NCBI GenBank assembly: GCA_038062115.1
Contig: JBBTXS010000001.1
Location: 10,607-74,606, forward strand
Direction: 5' to 3'
Length of the DNA: 64,000 nucleotides
From: Patescibacteria group bacterium
GTDB lineage: Bacteria; Patescibacteriota; Microgenomatia; Levybacterales; UBA12049
Program-made: the position numbers and the translations under genes
The notes under the pieces: model-generated
The model's database searches: none
Told to the model about the DNA's origin: nothing
Seen by the model: the letters and a program-made list of their open reading frames with translations, nothing else
Part shown: in pieces, positions 61,452 to 64,000 of the stretch
Layout of the letters: each line of letters begins with the position of its first letter
How positions within the stretch are numbered: position 1 is the stretch's first letter

Positions 61452-63841
61452 GCCCAGAAAGTTTGTATAGAGCGCACGTGACTATATAAATATTTTCTAT
61501 TGCGATGTATAAATAATATTGCTACAAAAAGAGTTAATATAGAAATTGCTTTGCCAATTTTATAAGAAATTGGGTCATAAACAAAAGTTATATCGTGCAT
61601 TCCTTTTTTAAGATAGATTGATCTAAACATGTAATTTGTTTTAAGAATTTCTGTTTCGCGCCCATTGTCGTACGCTTTCCAACCAGGATACCAGATTTCG
61701 CTTAAGACGAGAAAACCAGACGAATAAACACTAGTTTTTAACTTAATTTCATTTGGCTTGTATGAAGTAATCTTAACAGATCTAAATTTTTCTTTGTTTT
61801 TAAGAGTAACTCTTGAGGCTTTTTCTAATAAAATATATTCTTTAGGATTATAATTCTTACTTTGCAGTATTCTAAAAGTCTCTTTTTTGTCTTGTATTAC
61901 ATTTGCATTGCCAACAATATATGCCCTAGGAAGGATATCGATATCTTGGTAAAGATAGTAATTTTTGTTATATATGTTTGCATATTCTTTATTAGGTAAA
62001 GCACCTTTAGAAATTACATATTTGACATTTAGCATTTTTAGAATTTTTGGGTTTTTAATATTGTAGAAATCAAGAAAATTCTCATAAGGAGTTTTTAAAT
62101 GATCTCCAATTAACCAAACAAATTCTTGATAGTGTTTAAGATAGCTGGAATTTATACCCGTTACGCTTTCTATTCTTTCTGCACTTAAGGGGGTAATAAA
62201 TTTTCCAGACAAATCAAATACTCTAAATTTACTTTTATCGTACTTAATTTTTCTGATTATTTCAGGGATTGTAAATACCTCGTTAATGTTTCTTGTTTCG
62301 TAGAACTTCATTCCAAAAGAACCAAGGTCGAATGTGATTAATGCAATTATTATTACTTTTATAATGAAAGATAGACCGTATCTTTTTAGCAGTCTTAGAA
62401 TGATAACTGAAAAAATAATAAAAATTGACAAAATAATAAGATCATTTTGTATTTGAAAATATAAAGTTGAATGGTTTATTCCAAGTGCGTAACTATTTTT
62501 CAATATAAATTTTTCCAGTAATACAATCTTGTCTTGACGAAAATTTAACGACAAAACAAAAATTATGATAGTTAAGAAAATTCCTAGAAGAAGAACTTCA
62601 AATTTTTTAACTTTTATTATACTCGCGTATTTATTTTTAATAAAAAAATTTATTCCAATACCAGCAAGAATTGATATGGAAAATCCATAAATATACAAAA
62701 ATCTCGCTGGTACGCGAAACATATTAAAACCCGGAACGTATTTATAAAAGATTGGAAAGATGAAAAAATGAGAGCCAAAAGAAAATAAAAGCGCAAAAAG
62801 AGCCAACAAAACAAATATTAAGACATATTTATTTCTATTATATATGACTGCTATTCCAGCAAAAATCAGAGGTAAAATTCCAGCGTAGCCGCAAAGCGAC
62901 CAGAAATTTCCTTTTCCCCAATATGTTTGGTTTAAAGGAGATCCAAAGAAATGTGGAAGTAGAAATGATACAAGCTGTTTTGGTGGCAGCGCGAAGTCCG
63001 AGGCAAATTCGTATGATAAACCCGCACTCCTAATAGACAGTCTTGATAGTTGTAGGCTTGGTAAAATCTGAATAGATGAAAGCAAGAAAGCAACAATAAA
63101 AGCAATAATAGGAACAAACATTATAGGTAATATATGTTTCTTGTATGTTTTGTAATCCATAATGATACGAAGTGCAAAATATCCCAAAGAAGCAAGAGAG
63201 CCAAAAACTGCTGGTTGAGTATGCCCAGCCAATACCATAAAAGACAAAGGAATTCCAGATATAATTCCAAAAATAATTTGCTTTTTAATAAGTGCAAGTT
63301 CGAATAAGAAAAGGATGAGTGGAAACCATATAATAGCATCCGCAACAAATAAATGTCCTTCGTAGATAAGGAGGGTGAAGGTTCCACTCAGCATCATAGA
63401 TATACCAGAAACTAATGAGCTGAATTTTTCTAAACCTATTCTTCTTGCAAAAAGATACGTAAAAAGTCCTATTAAGAAAAAATCTAGTATAAACGCATAC
63501 CCAAATACTAAATTTATTGGGAAAAGATAAAAGAGTAATGTAAATGGATAAAACATCCCCGATTGAGCATCGCCTAAGAAGGGTATGCCACTGAACATAT
63601 ATGGATCCCAAAGCGGAAAGGTATGATATTTTAAAACAGACTCTACTAGAAACGATCTCCAAAATGAATACATGCTTATTACATCGGATGCGGGATAGAT
63701 CATCCGATTATGATTAATGATTAACTTGTAAAAGAAGCTTACTGAAATAAGAAGAATAATAAAAATTTCTTTATATTCCAGAGCAAATTTTTTAATAATT
63801 TGAAGAAAGTATTTTGTAGATTTTGTGACGCATGAAATCAT
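61448..63841 (-). CDS. YfhO-family polytopic membrane glycosyltransferase (GT-C-like)
   Basis: The N-terminal conserved pattern FPLWDPYMFSGIPFLGDAQSGMFYPF, many TM helices and a ~250-aa C-terminal soluble domain fit the family. Confidence 0.75.
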   Translation of the reverse strand: MISCVTKSTKYFLQIIKKFALEYKEIFIILLISVSFFYKLIINHNRMIYPASDVISMYSFWRSFLVESVLKYHTFPLWDPYMFSGIPFLGDAQSGMFYPFTLLFYLFPINLVFGYAFILDFFLIGLFTYLFARRIGLEKFSSLVSGISMMLSGTFTLLIYEGHLFVADAIIWFPLILFLFELALIKKQIIFGIISGIPLSFMVLAGHTQPAVFGSLASLGYFALRIIMDYKTYKKHILPIMFVPIIAFIVAFLLSSIQILPSLQLSRLSIRSAGLSYEFASDFALPPKQLVSFLLPHFFGSPLNQTYWGKGNFWSLCGYAGILPLIFAGIAVIYNRNKYVLIFVLLALFALLFSFGSHFFIFPIFYKYVPGFNMFRVPARFLYIYGFSISILAGIGINFFIKNKYASIIKVKKFEVLLLGIFLTIIIFVLSLNFRQDKIVLLEKFILKNSYALGINHSTLYFQIQNDLIILSIFIIFSVIILRLLKRYGLSFIIKVIIIALITFDLGSFGMKFYETRNINEVFTIPEIIRKIKYDKSKFRVFDLSGKFITPLSAERIESVTGINSSYLKHYQEFVWLIGDHLKTPYENFLDFYNIKNPKILKMLNVKYVISKGALPNKEYANIYNKNYYLYQDIDILPRAYIVGNANVIQDKKETFRILQSKNYNPKEYILLEKASRVTLKNKEKFRSVKITSYKPNEIKLKTSVYSSGFLVLSEIWYPGWKAYDNGRETEILKTNYMFRSIYLKKGMHDITFVYDPISYKIGKAISILTLFVAILFIHRNRKYLYSHVRSIQTFWA

Positions 63842-63880
63842 GTATTATTTTATGTATTGTACCATTCTAATCACATTTAC

Positions 63881-63915
63881 CTCGAGCGAGCGCTTCTGAC
63901 ACGGGAGTCGATAAG
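63881..63915. repeat. Possible half-copy of the second-type palindromic element
   Basis: CTCGAGCGAGCGCTTCTGACACGGGAGTCGATAAG resembles the left half of element 10220-10305 (CTTCGAGCGAGGCTGAAAGCCGAGTCGAGAAG). They share the blocks TCGAGCGAG, CTGA and GAGTCGA. Confidence 0.3.
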
Positions 63916-64000
63916 CCCAGTCCAGTCTATGTTAGAATAAGAATGATTTGTGTGCGTAACCGTTATGGCACAAAAAATAGTGTTTATTGCTTTTATACTT

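Noticed and set aside
1-64000. Alternative genetic code (UGA recoded, as in some candidate phyla)
   Set aside because: Conserved genes such as copA, the HAD gene and ileS terminate at TGA at the expected protein length, and the conserved genes are open full-length in the provided standard-code ORF track, so the standard code fits.
63965-64000. Possible gene start ATGGCACAAAAAATAGTG... at the window end
   Set aside because: Only 12 codons are visible, which is too little to support a call.

Overview
This is a low-GC, tightly packed, mostly plus-strand bacterial window. Gene content and compactness suggest a Candidate Phyla Radiation / Patescibacteria-type genome, but that is an inference I cannot verify here. 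TGA ends conserved genes, so the standard genetic code applies.

The window falls into five blocks:
- (i) 1-2.05 kb: sugar-nucleotide genes, comprising a GlmU-like nucleotidyltransferase ORF, a separate LbH acyltransferase ORF and a HAD hydrolase.
- (ii) 2.1-10.6 kb: a copper / thiol-redox island with DoxX, a cupredoxin, CopA, two NUDIX genes, CopZ, a His-rich anchored protein, a CcdA-like fusion protein and a small thioredoxin-like protein.
- (iii) 10.7-23.9 kb: core genes, namely a reduced dcw cluster (mraY-ftsW-murG-ftsQ-like-ftsA-ftsZ), a lone minus-strand acyltransferase-like gene, ileS, rodA, rplU, rpmA, parB and lepB.
- (iv) 23.97-26.65 kb: tRNA-Val(CAC), then a decayed accessory islet with the C-terminal stump of an R-M enzyme, a small membrane ORF and a translationally coupled RhuM-family gene plus Cas4-like PD-(D/E)XK nuclease gene.
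- (v) 26.8-63.8 kb: a roughly 37 kb, very AT-rich glycan-assembly locus. It holds 9 GT-A/GT-B glycosyltransferases, 7 large polytopic GT-C/YfhO/PTPS-like membrane proteins (two fused to GT2 domains) and 2 Wzx-like flippases. It also holds 3 paralogous TcaB9/TylCIII-type sugar C-methyltransferases, an FnlA-like dehydratase, a 2-epimerase, an RmlD-like reductase, a thiolase with a FabG-like reductase, and deacetylase, acetyltransferase and methyltransferase genes.

The features the ORF track does not explain are:
- A family of GC-rich GTCAT...ATGAC palindromic MITE/RPE-like elements. I found at least 8 copies in the first 13.5 kb. Two sit in frame inside copA and murG, and one sits at the junction of the split GlmU-like pair.
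- Three heptanucleotide tandem repeats inside coding regions (ileS, a GT4 gene and a GT2::GT-C fusion gene).
- A 25-nt hairpin motif that is identical at two gene ends.

I saw no CRISPR array, rRNA, transposase or integrase.
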